This document shows positions 39,127 through 48,975 of a stretch of 64,000 nt of DNA, one piece after another. Source of the DNA: Candidatus Latescibacterota bacterium. GTDB lineage: Bacteria; Latescibacterota; UBA2968; GCA-2709665. The position numbers and the translations under genes were made by a program. The DNA lies in assembly GCA_965219995.1 (NCBI GenBank), contig CBDCOX010000002.1, forward strand, positions 1,056,001-1,120,000, in the 5' to 3' direction. The notes below the pieces were generated by a model, which did no database searches, was not told the origin of the DNA, and saw only the letters and a list, made by a program, of their open reading frames with translations. Numbering within the stretch: position 1 is the stretch's first letter; each line of letters begins with the position of its first letter.

Positions 39127-39789
39127 CTAGACCAGAACTCGTACCTCCCGGCCATCCACGCTGATTTTACCTTGCGCGAAAAGGCCGATCACTTCCGAAA
39201 ACAATTCGTGCTCCACGGCCAGCACCTTGCGCGCGAGTGACTCGGGCGTCTCTTCCGGCGCGACGCGGACGCTTCGCCGCAAGATAACCGGTCCGGTGTC
39301 GTAATCCCCGTCCACAAGATGGACGGTCGCTCCCGAGACCTCCGCGCCGCTGCGGACGACAGCTTCGTGGACGCGGCTCCCGTACATCCCCTTGCCACCG
39401 AATGCGGGCAGCAGGGCGGGGTGTATATTGATGACCCGATCCTTAAAGCTCTCGAGCGTCACCGGGCCCAGCTTCTTCATGTAGCCGGCCAGCACCACCA
39501 GGTCGACACCGTGGGACCTGAGCGTCTCCGCGATCGCGCAGTCGAGGGCGCCGGGTTGCGGATGCGTCCTGCCGCTGAGGTGGAACGCCGGGATTCCCGC
39601 CCGGCGGGCGCGGGCGAAAGCGCCCGACCGGCTGTTGTTGCCGATAACGACCCCCACACGCGCCGGAAGCCGTGCGGAGGCGCTCCGGTCGATGATCGCC
39701 TGCAGATTGGTTCCCCCTCCGGAGGCCAGCACACCCAGACGATAGGCGGCGTTCCGTCCGGACAGGTTCACAGTTCCACGATCCGACAC
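39127..39789 (-). CDS. purN: Phosphoribosylglycinamide formyltransferase
   Basis: SGGGTNLQAI, LAGYM, NIHPALLP, GATVH, DTGP. Confidence 0.96.
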   Translation of the reverse strand: MSDRGTVNLSGRNAAYRLGVLASGGGTNLQAIIDRSASARLPARVGVVIGNNSRSGAFARARRAGIPAFHLSGRTHPQPGALDCAIAETLRSHGVDLVVLAGYMKKLGPVTLESFKDRVINIHPALLPAFGGKGMYGSRVHEAVVRSGAEVSGATVHLVDGDYDTGPVILRRSVRVAPEETPESLARKVLAVEHELFSEVIGLFAQGKISVDGREVRVLV

Positions 39790-40071
39790 GGGGATTCATT
39801 CCGATGGCTGACTTTACGGCATATAATTCGGCGGGGAAGAAGTAGAAAAGGGGGGAGACACCCGTCGGCAAGAATGTCGGCGGGCCCGAGCGACAACCGG
39901 CTCGGCCAACTCAAGTTAACCCATTGCAGGCTCGATGTCAAGGGCTTTGCAGGCCAGGTTCAGCCGGTGCGGCAGGCGAAATCCACTTGACAAGGATACG
40001 ACAGTTATTCTTATTTAAACTGGTAAATGTTAAGCACTTACTCATCTGACGAACCACAACGGAGGTTGTCT

Positions 40072-40950
40072 TTGAAGATACGCAAGGCGGTGATCGCGGC
40101 GGCCGGGCATGGCAGCCGGATGTTGCCGGCTACCAAAGCACTGCCCAAGGAGATGATGCCTGTCGTCGACAAGCCGGCCATCCAGTACATTGTTGAAGAG
40201 CTGGTCGAAGCCGGCATCGAAGACATCCTGATGATCACGGGCAGAGGCAAACGGTCCATTGAAGACCACTTCGACCGCAACATCGAAATCCACAACGCCC
40301 TCGCAAAGCGGGAAGACCACTCGATGATTGCGACCCTCGAACGCATTGAACGGCTTGCCGACATCCATTATCTCCGGCAGAGAGAACTGCTTGGTACCGG
40401 TCACGCCGTCCTCAAGGCCCGCAAACACGTCGGCGACGAACCCTTTGCCGTGTTGTTCGGAGACGATCTGGTGGTGTCGGAGCGTCCGTGTATCGGGCAA
40501 CTGATGAACCATTACGACAGATTGGGTGCGTCGATTCTGGCGGTTAAGGAGGTCGCCCGCGAACATGTCGGAAGCTACGGCGTGATCCGGGCCGAACCCG
40601 CCAACGGGGCTTATCTCGTAAAGGCCCTGGTGGAAAAACCGGAACCGGCGCGGGCGCCTTCGAATCTCGCCTGTCTTGGTCGATATATCTTTGAACCCGA
40701 CATCTTCGATTCTCTGGATCGAATCAGCCCGGTGGAAAATGGCGAGTACCAGCTCACCGACGCGATTCAACTCATGATTCAATCCCGTCCCGTTTACGCG
40801 TGCGCGATCGAAGGGGACTGGCACACGGTTGGCGACCTGCTTTCGTACGTCCAGACGTCGGTCTCATTTGCCCTGATGCACCCCGAAATCGGCCAATCCT
40901 TCCGCGAATACCTGAAAACCGTTTGCCAGGTTCCACCCTCCGATGACTAG
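40072..40950 (+). CDS. galU: UTP-glucose-1-phosphate uridylyltransferase
   Basis: KAVIAAAGHGSRMLPATKALPKEM, GTGHA, VEKP, EYQLTDAI; GGAGG RBS before TTG 40072. Confidence 0.95.
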   Translation: MKIRKAVIAAAGHGSRMLPATKALPKEMMPVVDKPAIQYIVEELVEAGIEDILMITGRGKRSIEDHFDRNIEIHNALAKREDHSMIATLERIERLADIHYLRQRELLGTGHAVLKARKHVGDEPFAVLFGDDLVVSERPCIGQLMNHYDRLGASILAVKEVAREHVGSYGVIRAEPANGAYLVKALVEKPEPARAPSNLACLGRYIFEPDIFDSLDRISPVENGEYQLTDAIQLMIQSRPVYACAIEGDWHTVGDLLSYVQTSVSFALMHPEIGQSFREYLKTVCQVPPSDD

Positions 40951-40953
40951 GCG

Positions 40954-41583
40954 TCATTCCGCTGCGGAGCGGGACCGCCACGCGTCAAGAATGCCGTTGA
41001 GGTCATGGAGAATCCCTTCTGCGCCGGCGACAATTTCACGTTCGTGCCTCGCGATCCACTTCATCTCCCGCCCGCTGACAATGTTGCGCCTTTCACAGGA
41101 CTCGAGTTCATCCCGATCGAGAACCGTCAACCGGCCTTTCGGATCGAACCAGAGATCCAGCAGGAGATCCACGTAGTCTACGCAGCGGTCGCGGACCTCC
41201 AGATTTCTGCAGATGTGAAAGAGATGGCCCAGGAGCCGCCCGTCCGGGTCGCACATTTTCCACAGCACATATCCGGCCCCCTGCCGATAGTACCCGTACG
41301 TTACGGACCCGGTGCAAATCGCCGTATCCCCTACCCGGCCCGGCCGTGTATTCACATATCTGAGCACCACGCGATCGCCGGTGTGCACGATGGGCTCGCA
41401 GACAAAGACGGCATCCGGCTTGTCCAGGTGCCGCTTTACCTCTCGAAACTTCACGGCGAAAGAGAACGGGTCAGCAGATAACAGAACAGCATGGTTGTGC
41501 TCGCCACCAGCCAGCATGCCCATTGAAGCAGTTTTGCCCGTCGACCGGCCATACCGGAAGAAATGGACTGGCCGAGATAGCAT
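40954..41583 (-). CDS. DUF402 (FomD/Ntdp-like) protein
   Basis: C-terminal YVDLLLDLW...VLDRDEL motif; start uncertain. Confidence 0.75.
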   Translation of the reverse strand: MLSRPVHFFRYGRSTGKTASMGMLAGGEHNHAVLLSADPFSFAVKFREVKRHLDKPDAVFVCEPIVHTGDRVVLRYVNTRPGRVGDTAICTGSVTYGYYRQGAGYVLWKMCDPDGRLLGHLFHICRNLEVRDRCVDYVDLLLDLWFDPKGRLTVLDRDELESCERRNIVSGREMKWIARHEREIVAGAEGILHDLNGILDAWRSRSAAE

Positions 41584-41639
41584 ATCAGGAACACCAGAGA
41601 AATGCCGATACCCCAGATCGTAATCAAGAATTGCCCTCC

Positions 41640-42383
41640 TCACTCCTGCGCCTGCGCTTCACCTGTCATCGGTACAAACCGGACGGCAATCACCCGTTCT
41701 TCCCTTACGCCGTCCTTCTCCTTGACGAGTAACGTCAGGGTTTGATTATCGGTGCCGACGGGTATCACCATGCGCCCCCCTTCCCGAAGCTGTTCAACGA
41801 GCTTCGGGGGAATATGGTCGGGCGCCGCGGTTACGATCACCGCGTCGAACGGCGCGTGTTCCGCCCAGCCGCGGTACCCGTCGCCGAGGCGTACGCTGAT
41901 ATTGTCGTATCCCATGCGTCTGAGTCGTTCTTCGGCCTGCCGGGCGAGCGACGGCACGATCTCGATCGTATAAACTTCCCGCACCAGCTTTGCCAGAACG
42001 GCCGCCTGGTACCCCGAGCCGGTGCCCACCTCCAGCACGCGCTCTTCCCCTTCAAGGGACAGCAACTCCGTCATTTTCGCCACGATGTACGGCTGTGAAA
42101 TCGTCTGGTCTTCCCCGATCGGCAGCGCGCCGTCGTCGTACGCCCGCGCTTTGAGGTGCGGGGGCACAAAAAGGTGGCGCGGTACCCCCATCAAAGCGTT
42201 CAACACGCGCCGTTCCTTGATTCCGCGGCGCTCGATCTGTGTTTTTACCATCTTCCTGCGCATAATGAGAAATCGCGCCTCCTCATCCGCCGACATCCTC
42301 TGTCCGTCGGTCGAATCCGCACTACATCCTGCGCAAAGCGCTATCCACAGCGCCGGCGTTGTTGCGCCGCGTAAGCGATGCAT
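41640..42383 (-). CDS. pcm: Protein-L-isoaspartate O-methyltransferase with N-terminal lipoprotein-like signal
   Basis: VPRHLFVP, QTISQPYIVA, VLEVGTGSGYQAA, RFVPM; N-terminal LCAGC lipobox-like. Confidence 0.95.
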   Translation of the reverse strand: MHRLRGATTPALWIALCAGCSADSTDGQRMSADEEARFLIMRRKMVKTQIERRGIKERRVLNALMGVPRHLFVPPHLKARAYDDGALPIGEDQTISQPYIVAKMTELLSLEGEERVLEVGTGSGYQAAVLAKLVREVYTIEIVPSLARQAEERLRRMGYDNISVRLGDGYRGWAEHAPFDAVIVTAAPDHIPPKLVEQLREGGRMVIPVGTDNQTLTLLVKEKDGVREERVIAVRFVPMTGEAQAQE

Positions 42384-42404
42384 GATCTACGGCCTCCGGG
42401 GGAA

Positions 42405-44009
42405 TCATTGTTTCCTGCTCTCCAGATATGCCCTGTCTCGCTGCAGAAGGTCCGGATTCAGCCGGTAGAACAGCTCCCTGGCCTGGGGCAGCATCCTGCT
42501 GGTGACGACAAACCGGCCGTCGAGCAATAACGATGGATTCATCGACGGATCGATACCCGCTCTTGCCGCTGCCTGCAGGGACCGTAATGCCATCGAGGGG
42601 CCTTCGTCTGCCGCGCAGCGCTTTATGCGTTCGACGTCCATTGCATGCTGTTCCAGGCAGGCGGTATCGGACCCTGCGGTGCCGTCCTCAGACGCACCCC
42701 CGAACACGCACTTCTCAAACGCCCTGTAGCGACGTGGATAGAGCTGCCGGACACACAAGCTGGAAGAGGCGTTCTCATTCCGCCCGAACGGATGGAGATG
42801 CAGACGTTCCGGGGCATCGACGGCGTCCAGCCACGACAGCAGCCCCCCTACTGTTCGTGCCGTCGATGGCGACACTCCCGCAAAGAAGAAGTCCATACGA
42901 CCCGGAACGGCCTTCCGTCCCATCAGCCGCGAGACGGGCACAAGCACGGGCCGCGGTACGTAACTGTCGCCAATCGGATAGACGGCCTGCGCAAATCTCT
43001 GAAACCGGGCTGTCGTGGCGAATCCCGATCCCAGAATAAACGCGGGCACCCGGTCGACCCGATACCGTTGCGCCAGATTCCTGCCCTGCCGGGAGTGTAC
43101 GTTGACCGTTCGAACATCCACACCCGGGAACAACTCCCGGGTGGACCGGACAAACATCCCGGGATCGCACAGGTCGCATTCGGAATCGTTCAGAACCGTC
43201 ATCCGGAAGACGACGGGATCGCTGAACCTGCACGACGCCGAGGGCTTGCCGGCATCAACGCAGATTCCGACGCGCCCCGTTGACGCACAGTCCTTATCGG
43301 CGCCGCAAACCGGAACTGCAGCGCACGGCCCTGCCAGACTGTCGATCCCGCAGACCCGGCGCGCCAGACCCTGCCTTTCGATTCCGCCCTCTACTTCCTC
43401 GCCGTTGACGTACAGGGTGGGCGACGCCTGGATGCCCAGCCGATTGGCCCTCCGGATATTTTCGCGGAAAAGCGCTTCGCCTTCTGCACCGGACGCGGCC
43501 GCGGCCACCCGTTCAGGATCGATTCCCGCCCGCCGCGCGCTGGCCTGCCAATCCGGAGAAGCCATGTCTTCATTTCTGAGGAGAATGTAGTCATAGTAGC
43601 GGTCGGGATACAAATGCATCATGACGACCTGCCGGATTCCTTCCTCCACTTCCGCGTCGCCGTGCAGGCTGAGGAATCGGCCCGTACCGTGTACCGCGCC
43701 TGACTCGCAGGCCTCGCGTCCGGGCTCGTGCGGCCTGAGCGGCACGGCGGGCGCAGACCCCTCCTTTCCGGCCTCCTGAGCGATGAAGTGCAGCCGGAAA
43801 TCGATACCATCTCCAAACGCCTCGAGCGCAGGTTCGAGCGCCGCTTCCGCCCGCATACCGTACGGACAGTGCGCCATCACAAATAACTCAACCCGTACGC
43901 GTTCCGGTGAATCCCCGGCCTCACCTGCCGAAACGTCGGCACCGGGAACCGGAAGCCAGGGCAACATGCCCGCGCACAAGGATGTGATCATACCCCGAGT
44001 GAATCGCAT
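42405..44009 (-). CDS. Exported Cys-rich multi-thioredoxin-fold (DsbA/GILT-like) protein
   Basis: Signal peptide; VELFVMAHCPYG...SLHG..EV; GIQASPTLYVNG; Cys-rich linker; CDLC; degenerate repeat at the C-terminus. Confidence 0.7.
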   Translation of the reverse strand: MRFTRGMITSLCAGMLPWLPVPGADVSAGEAGDSPERVRVELFVMAHCPYGMRAEAALEPALEAFGDGIDFRLHFIAQEAGKEGSAPAVPLRPHEPGREACESGAVHGTGRFLSLHGDAEVEEGIRQVVMMHLYPDRYYDYILLRNEDMASPDWQASARRAGIDPERVAAAASGAEGEALFRENIRRANRLGIQASPTLYVNGEEVEGGIERQGLARRVCGIDSLAGPCAAVPVCGADKDCASTGRVGICVDAGKPSASCRFSDPVVFRMTVLNDSECDLCDPGMFVRSTRELFPGVDVRTVNVHSRQGRNLAQRYRVDRVPAFILGSGFATTARFQRFAQAVYPIGDSYVPRPVLVPVSRLMGRKAVPGRMDFFFAGVSPSTARTVGGLLSWLDAVDAPERLHLHPFGRNENASSSLCVRQLYPRRYRAFEKCVFGGASEDGTAGSDTACLEQHAMDVERIKRCAADEGPSMALRSLQAAARAGIDPSMNPSLLLDGRFVVTSRMLPQARELFYRLNPDLLQRDRAYLESRKQ

Positions 44010-44121
44010 TTTCGTCAGTCCCGCGGTACCAGCATCAGGACGGGTGTGGCCGGTGACGGAACAAGAAAGGCCGCCTCCGGCTGAGAGACGACCTTCACGT
44101 TGCAGCGCCAGACATGAATAG

Positions 44122-44922
44122 CTATTTCAAGAGCATCATTCGCCTGGACGCCGAGAAATCGGCGGCCTGCAGCCGATACAAATAGATCCCGCTGGCGACC
44201 TGGCGTCCCAACTCGTCCCTGCCGTCCCAGGTGGCTGTATAGTGGCCCGCTTCGGTGCGCGCATCCAGCAGAACGCGAACTTCCTGACCAAGGAGATTAT
44301 AGACGACGAGCCTGACCTGCCCGACCTCCGCAATCTGATACTCGATCGTTGTGGAGGGGTTGAACGGATTCGGCATATTCTGGCTCAGGGCCGTGCGGTC
44401 GGGCAGTGCTTTCAGGTTACCGATTTCAATTTGCGTGAGCAGGTCGATATTTCCATCGAGTCCGACCAGTACGCCCTCGGCAATCTGAAAATCCGTTGCC
44501 ACCGGCGTTTCGGTGGTCTTGAAGACGAGTTCAACGAGAGCGCCGTCGCCGCTGGAGCCCACGCCATCAACCTTCATGGCGCCGATATCCAGTTTGCCGG
44601 GCGTCCTGTCAGACGACAGAAAGAGCGTACTCCGTTCAGCCCCGGATGACAGCAGATTTTCGTCCGCCTCCCTCGCTTCGAGAAACTCGTACCTGGCCGG
44701 ATCGTAGATCAGTGAGAATCCGTACCCCTTCAGGTCCTTGGCCTCTGCGAGCGATACGATCAGTTTCAGGACACCCGCGTCCGTGTCCTGTCCGTCCGCA
44801 CGTTCCAGCATCAGCCGGGCGAATGAATTCTGACCGCCCGAAATGGTCAATCCATCGGTCATTTCCCCGGCAGTCGCCGAACCTGCCAGAGCAAGTACGA
44901 CCAGAACAATTGCCTTCCGCAT
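44122..44922 (-). CDS. Secreted cohesin-like domain protein with FlgD-Ig/T9SS-type C-terminal domain
   Basis: Signal peptide; KGYGFSLIYDP...GDGALVELVF (cohesin-like); LSQNMPNPFNPSTTI...WDGRD...ASGIYLYRL...RRMMLLK; AGGAGG RBS. Confidence 0.85.
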   Translation of the reverse strand: MRKAIVLVVLALAGSATAGEMTDGLTISGGQNSFARLMLERADGQDTDAGVLKLIVSLAEAKDLKGYGFSLIYDPARYEFLEAREADENLLSSGAERSTLFLSSDRTPGKLDIGAMKVDGVGSSGDGALVELVFKTTETPVATDFQIAEGVLVGLDGNIDLLTQIEIGNLKALPDRTALSQNMPNPFNPSTTIEYQIAEVGQVRLVVYNLLGQEVRVLLDARTEAGHYTATWDGRDELGRQVASGIYLYRLQAADFSASRRMMLLK

Positions 44923-44979
44923 AACCGCCTCCTTTCGGGACCCACGCGAACCGAGAGTTTTCAAACCGTCATCGCATGA

Positions 44980-45008
44980 AATTTACGTTGTACGCCATCC
45001 CGTGTCAA
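44980..45008 (-). promoter_or_regulatory. Near-consensus sigma70 promoter
   Basis: TTGACA-N17-TAAATT on the minus strand. Confidence 0.7.
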
Positions 45009-45145
45009 CAGGGAATTGCGACGGCGACTCCGCAAAGATCCGAAATTCCCCGGCGACCGGCGTTCACGGCCACGAGCCCAGGGCAGGCGGGGCGACGCAA
45101 AGGCGCGTCTTTCGAACCGCGGCGCGGCCAGGTCCCGCTCCGCAA

Positions 45146-46669
45146 TCACAGGCCGTGAACATCGCCAGTGAAAAAACGTCGAATCGCATCGACGAGTCCG
45201 GAGATGCCGATTTCCCGTCCGGCGGCCTGCACGACAACCGGGAATCCCAGATTAGAGGCCGTCTCGGCAGTCGTGGGTCCAATACATGCGGCGCGGAGTG
45301 TCCGCGGTAGTTCCGGCATTCCGAATTGCTTTAATAATTCTACACAATTTTTTGCTGCAGAGGGACTTGAAAAGACAACCAGATCCACTTCCCTTCGATT
45401 CAGGCGCGCAACGGTCTCGCTCGAAATGTGCGAGGGCATCACGGTTCGGTAGACGACGATCTCGCGCACCCGCGCCCCTTGCGCCCGCAATGCGTCGGGG
45501 ACTGTCTTCCGCCCGATATTGCCACGGGGAATCAGCACGCGCTGGCCGGACACGCGTATTCCCGCGAACTGTTCCGCGAGGGCGGCCGCGGTGTGCCGAC
45601 ACGGGCACAAATCCACCGGCAGGCCGAAACTCCGTATCCTCTCGGCGGTCGTCCGGCCGACGGCGGCAATCCGGATTTCCGACAGACTTCGGAGTTCGCC
45701 ATGTCGTACACGCACCCGACGGAGAAATCGTTCCACCGCGTTAGCGCTTGCGAATACAAGCCAGTCAACGCGGTTCAGCCTGCCAATCTCCGCGTCGGCG
45801 GGCGCCCAGTCCGCCGGCTCCACGATCCGGATGGCGGGAGCCACGAGGACCTCCGCCCCCAGCCCCGTCAGCATGCCCTGCAGTTCTCCGGCGTGTTCCC
45901 GGCTGCGCGTCAGCAGGATGCGTCGCCCGAAGAGCGGCAGCCGCTCAAACCACGGAAAGTCCGATCCGGCGACTTCACCCACCACAATTGCCGCGGGACT
46001 GGCGGCCTCTGCCCCGGCCAGCGTGCCGAGCGTGCATCGGACGGTTTTCTGGCCCGGCAACGTACCGTCTTGCACCACGGCAACGGGCGTATCGGCCGGT
46101 CGCCCGGCCTGGATCAGTCGACGGGCGACCTCACCCCGGTTTCGCACCCCCATCAGCACGACCAACGTCCCGCCCAGCCGGCCCAGCGCCTGCCAGTCTA
46201 CCTCCGGCAGGGCGTCCAGGGACTCCCGGTGTCCCGTCAGAAAGGTCACGTGGGGTGCGATCGCGCGGTGCGTGACCGGAATTCCCGCGTATGCGGGCGC
46301 TGCGATTGCGCTGGTAATCCCCGGAACGACTTCAAACCGGATGCCTGCCTTCTCCAGCGTCGCCATTTCCTCTCCGCCGCGCCCGAAAACGAAGGGGTCC
46401 CCACCCTTCAGACGCACGACGTTGAGGCCTTTTCCGGCCCTGTCGACCATGAGGCGGTTGATCCGCTCCTGTTGTCGCGTCTGTGCGCCGGGTTGTTTGC
46501 CGACGTCGATCCGTTCACAGTGCGGCGGCGCTTCATCGAGCAACGCGGGATTCGCCAGGCTGTCGTAAAGAATGACATCTGCCTGCCGGATGCGGCGAAG
46601 GGCCTTTATTGTTATCAGTTCGGGATCGCCCGGGCCCGCGCCAACGAGAAAAACAGCGCCTTCCGACAT
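45146..46669 (-). CDS. cobA: Fused uroporphyrinogen-III C-methyltransferase / uroporphyrinogen-III synthase (CobA/HemD)
   Basis: VGAGPGDPELIT, RLKGGDPFVFGRGGEE; then PLFGRRILLTR, FASANAV, FSSPS, CIGPTT. Confidence 0.95.
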   Translation of the reverse strand: MSEGAVFLVGAGPGDPELITIKALRRIRQADVILYDSLANPALLDEAPPHCERIDVGKQPGAQTRQQERINRLMVDRAGKGLNVVRLKGGDPFVFGRGGEEMATLEKAGIRFEVVPGITSAIAAPAYAGIPVTHRAIAPHVTFLTGHRESLDALPEVDWQALGRLGGTLVVLMGVRNRGEVARRLIQAGRPADTPVAVVQDGTLPGQKTVRCTLGTLAGAEAASPAAIVVGEVAGSDFPWFERLPLFGRRILLTRSREHAGELQGMLTGLGAEVLVAPAIRIVEPADWAPADAEIGRLNRVDWLVFASANAVERFLRRVRVRHGELRSLSEIRIAAVGRTTAERIRSFGLPVDLCPCRHTAAALAEQFAGIRVSGQRVLIPRGNIGRKTVPDALRAQGARVREIVVYRTVMPSHISSETVARLNRREVDLVVFSSPSAAKNCVELLKQFGMPELPRTLRAACIGPTTAETASNLGFPVVVQAAGREIGISGLVDAIRRFFTGDVHGL

Positions 46670-46735
46670 GATCGCACCTGGTGTTCAGTCCCGGAACCGG
46701 CTGCACCGCAGCCACGAAGGAGAACTGACCGCCTC

Positions 46736-47656
46736 TTAATCGACCTCGCCCAGCAACTCCTTCGCACCCCGCTCGATCAGCAATTCCGAAAGCCTTCTGC
46801 CAACGTCAATGCACTCGTCAGGGTCCCCTGTCGTCCGGGCGTGGACGACCCTGCTGCCGTCCGGTACCGCCACCATACCGTCTGCGATGAGAACCCCCTT
46901 CTGCAGACGCGCCCACGCGCCGATTGGAACCTGACATCCGCCACCGAGTTCATCCAGCATGGCGCGCTCGGCGCTCACCGCGAGATGCGTGGAACGATCG
47001 TGCAAACAGCCTACGGCCTGCGCCACATGTTCGTCGCACCGCCTGACTTCGATGCCAAGTGCGCCCTGTCCCGGCGCCGGTAGAAAGCGATGTGCGGGCA
47101 GAAACTCGTCAATGCGGTGTTGCAGTCCCATCCGGAGCAGACCGGCAGCGGCCAGAACGACGGCATCGAGTTCTCCCTCAATCAGTTTCCGCAGACGTGT
47201 ATCCACGTTTCCACGGATCCCTTCGACGTTCAGATCCGGTCTGACATGCTGCAGCTGCGCCTGTCGCCTCAGGCTGCCGGTGCCCACCACCGCGCCCTCC
47301 GGCAGGGCCGCGAGCCGGTGACCGGCGCGGCTCACCAGTGCGTCCCGGACATCCAACCGTCGGCTCGTGGCCTCCAGACGCAATCCGTCGGGCAGCCGGG
47401 TGGGCAGGTCCTTCATGGAATGTACGGCCAGATCGACCCGTCCACCGAGAAGCGCCTCCTCGATTTCCCTGGTAAAAACACGTTTGCCGCCAATCCGGGC
47501 AACGGGCTCGTTCAGCGCCTGGTCACCCCGGGTTTTGATGACTTCAATGCAAACATCCAGCCCGGAATACGCGTCCAGCAGCGTCTTTCGGGCCCACGAA
47601 GCCTGGCGGAGAGCAAGGGGGCTGCCGCGGCTGCCGATTACAAGGCGAGTCAGCAT
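46736..47656 (-). CDS. hemC: Hydroxymethylbilane synthase
   Basis: GSRGSPLAL, AVHSMKD, GTGSLRR, IRGNVDTRL, GGCQVPIG. Confidence 0.97.
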   Translation of the reverse strand: MLTRLVIGSRGSPLALRQASWARKTLLDAYSGLDVCIEVIKTRGDQALNEPVARIGGKRVFTREIEEALLGGRVDLAVHSMKDLPTRLPDGLRLEATSRRLDVRDALVSRAGHRLAALPEGAVVGTGSLRRQAQLQHVRPDLNVEGIRGNVDTRLRKLIEGELDAVVLAAAGLLRMGLQHRIDEFLPAHRFLPAPGQGALGIEVRRCDEHVAQAVGCLHDRSTHLAVSAERAMLDELGGGCQVPIGAWARLQKGVLIADGMVAVPDGSRVVHARTTGDPDECIDVGRRLSELLIERGAKELLGEVD

Positions 47657-48975
47657 TCGGTCTGCACCCTCTCTACGGGTGCCTCGGGCGGAGACGGTTT
47701 CACCGCGTCCGAAGGGATCGCTTCCAGGTCGAACAGGCGGACCAACGCATCGACATAATTCAGAGCCTCCCCTGAATCGGCGGCTTCACGCAGCCGTACC
47801 TGCGGAGCGTGCAGCAGCTTGTTCATATAAAGCCTCAGGAGGGCAGCCACCTTCTCCTGCTGGATCTCCGTGAGATCCGATAACCTGGCACGATCGAGTT
47901 CTTCTTCGAGAAGATCCTGAAACTTCTGTCGCATAGCCACAATTGCCGGCACCACGTCCAGCGAGTTCAGCCACGAAGCAAATCCACTTGCCTCTTCGCC
48001 CACAATCTTCCGTGCCTTCTCCGCCTCACGTCGCCTTTTCTTCATATTTGCCCCGACCACCGCCTGCAGATCGTCGATGTCATAGAGAAAGACATTGTAA
48101 AGCGCGCCGGCTTCCGGGTCGATGTCTCTCGGAACCGCAATATCGATGAGGAACATCGCGTTGTTCCTCCGCTGCTGCATCGCCCGCGCGACCCGGGTCT
48201 TCTTCAGGATCGGGACCGTCGCGCTGGTTGAACTGATCACGATGTCGGCGCGGTGGAGGCCATCCATCGCATCCTCCCACGACATCGCCTTCCCATTCAC
48301 ACGTTTCGCCAGGTCGCGCGCCCTTGCGAACGTCCGGCTGGACACCATCAACCGCCCGATCCCCTTGTCCACGAGATGTCTGGCGGTCAATTCGCTCATT
48401 TCCCCTGCGCCCAATACCAGGGCCGTCCTTTCGTCCAGATTGCCCAGGATCTTCCCGGCCAGCGCCACGGCCGCAAAACTGACCGAAACCGCGCCGTCGG
48501 CGATCTCGGTTTCCGTCCGCGCCCGTTTGGAGGTCTCGACGGCCGAACGAAACAACCGGTTGAGAATGGCGCCGCTTGTTCCGGCTTCCAGTGCCCGGGC
48601 GCCCGCATCTTTCACCTGCCCCGCTATCTGCGGCTCGCCCATGATCATCGAGTCCAGCCCCGACGCCACACCCAGCAGGTGTCGGACGGCGTCCATGTCG
48701 TTCAGGGTGAACGTGCATCCGTCCAACTCAGCCGCGTCGATCCCGCTGGTACTGCAGAAAACGCCAAGCACCCCGGCGCGAGCGGTCTTGGGATCGTCCG
48801 ACACGAGATAGGCCTCGGAGCGGTTGCAGGTTGAAATGAGACTGCATTCGTTCACGGAATCGAGCGTGCGCAATCGCTCGAGGACGGACCGATGCTGCTG
48901 TTCCGAGACCGACACGCGGTCCCGGATTTCCACCGAAGCCGTCCGGTGGGTCAACCCCACCACTACGATAGACAT
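47650..48975 (-). CDS. hemA: Glutamyl-tRNA reductase
   Basis: STCNRSE, GLDSMIMGEPQI, GAGEM, IDIAVPRDI. Confidence 0.97.
   Translation of the reverse strand: MSIVVVGLTHRTASVEIRDRVSVSEQQHRSVLERLRTLDSVNECSLISTCNRSEAYLVSDDPKTARAGVLGVFCSTSGIDAAELDGCTFTLNDMDAVRHLLGVASGLDSMIMGEPQIAGQVKDAGARALEAGTSGAILNRLFRSAVETSKRARTETEIADGAVSVSFAAVALAGKILGNLDERTALVLGAGEMSELTARHLVDKGIGRLMVSSRTFARARDLAKRVNGKAMSWEDAMDGLHRADIVISSTSATVPILKKTRVARAMQQRRNNAMFLIDIAVPRDIDPEAGALYNVFLYDIDDLQAVVGANMKKRRREAEKARKIVGEEASGFASWLNSLDVVPAIVAMRQKFQDLLEEELDRARLSDLTEIQQEKVAALLRLYMNKLLHAPQVRLREAADSGEALNYVDALVRLFDLEAIPSDAVKPSPPEAPVERVQTEC

Noticed and set aside
45428-47083. 551-aa plus-strand ORF
   Set aside because: Antisense to cobA/hemD and hemC
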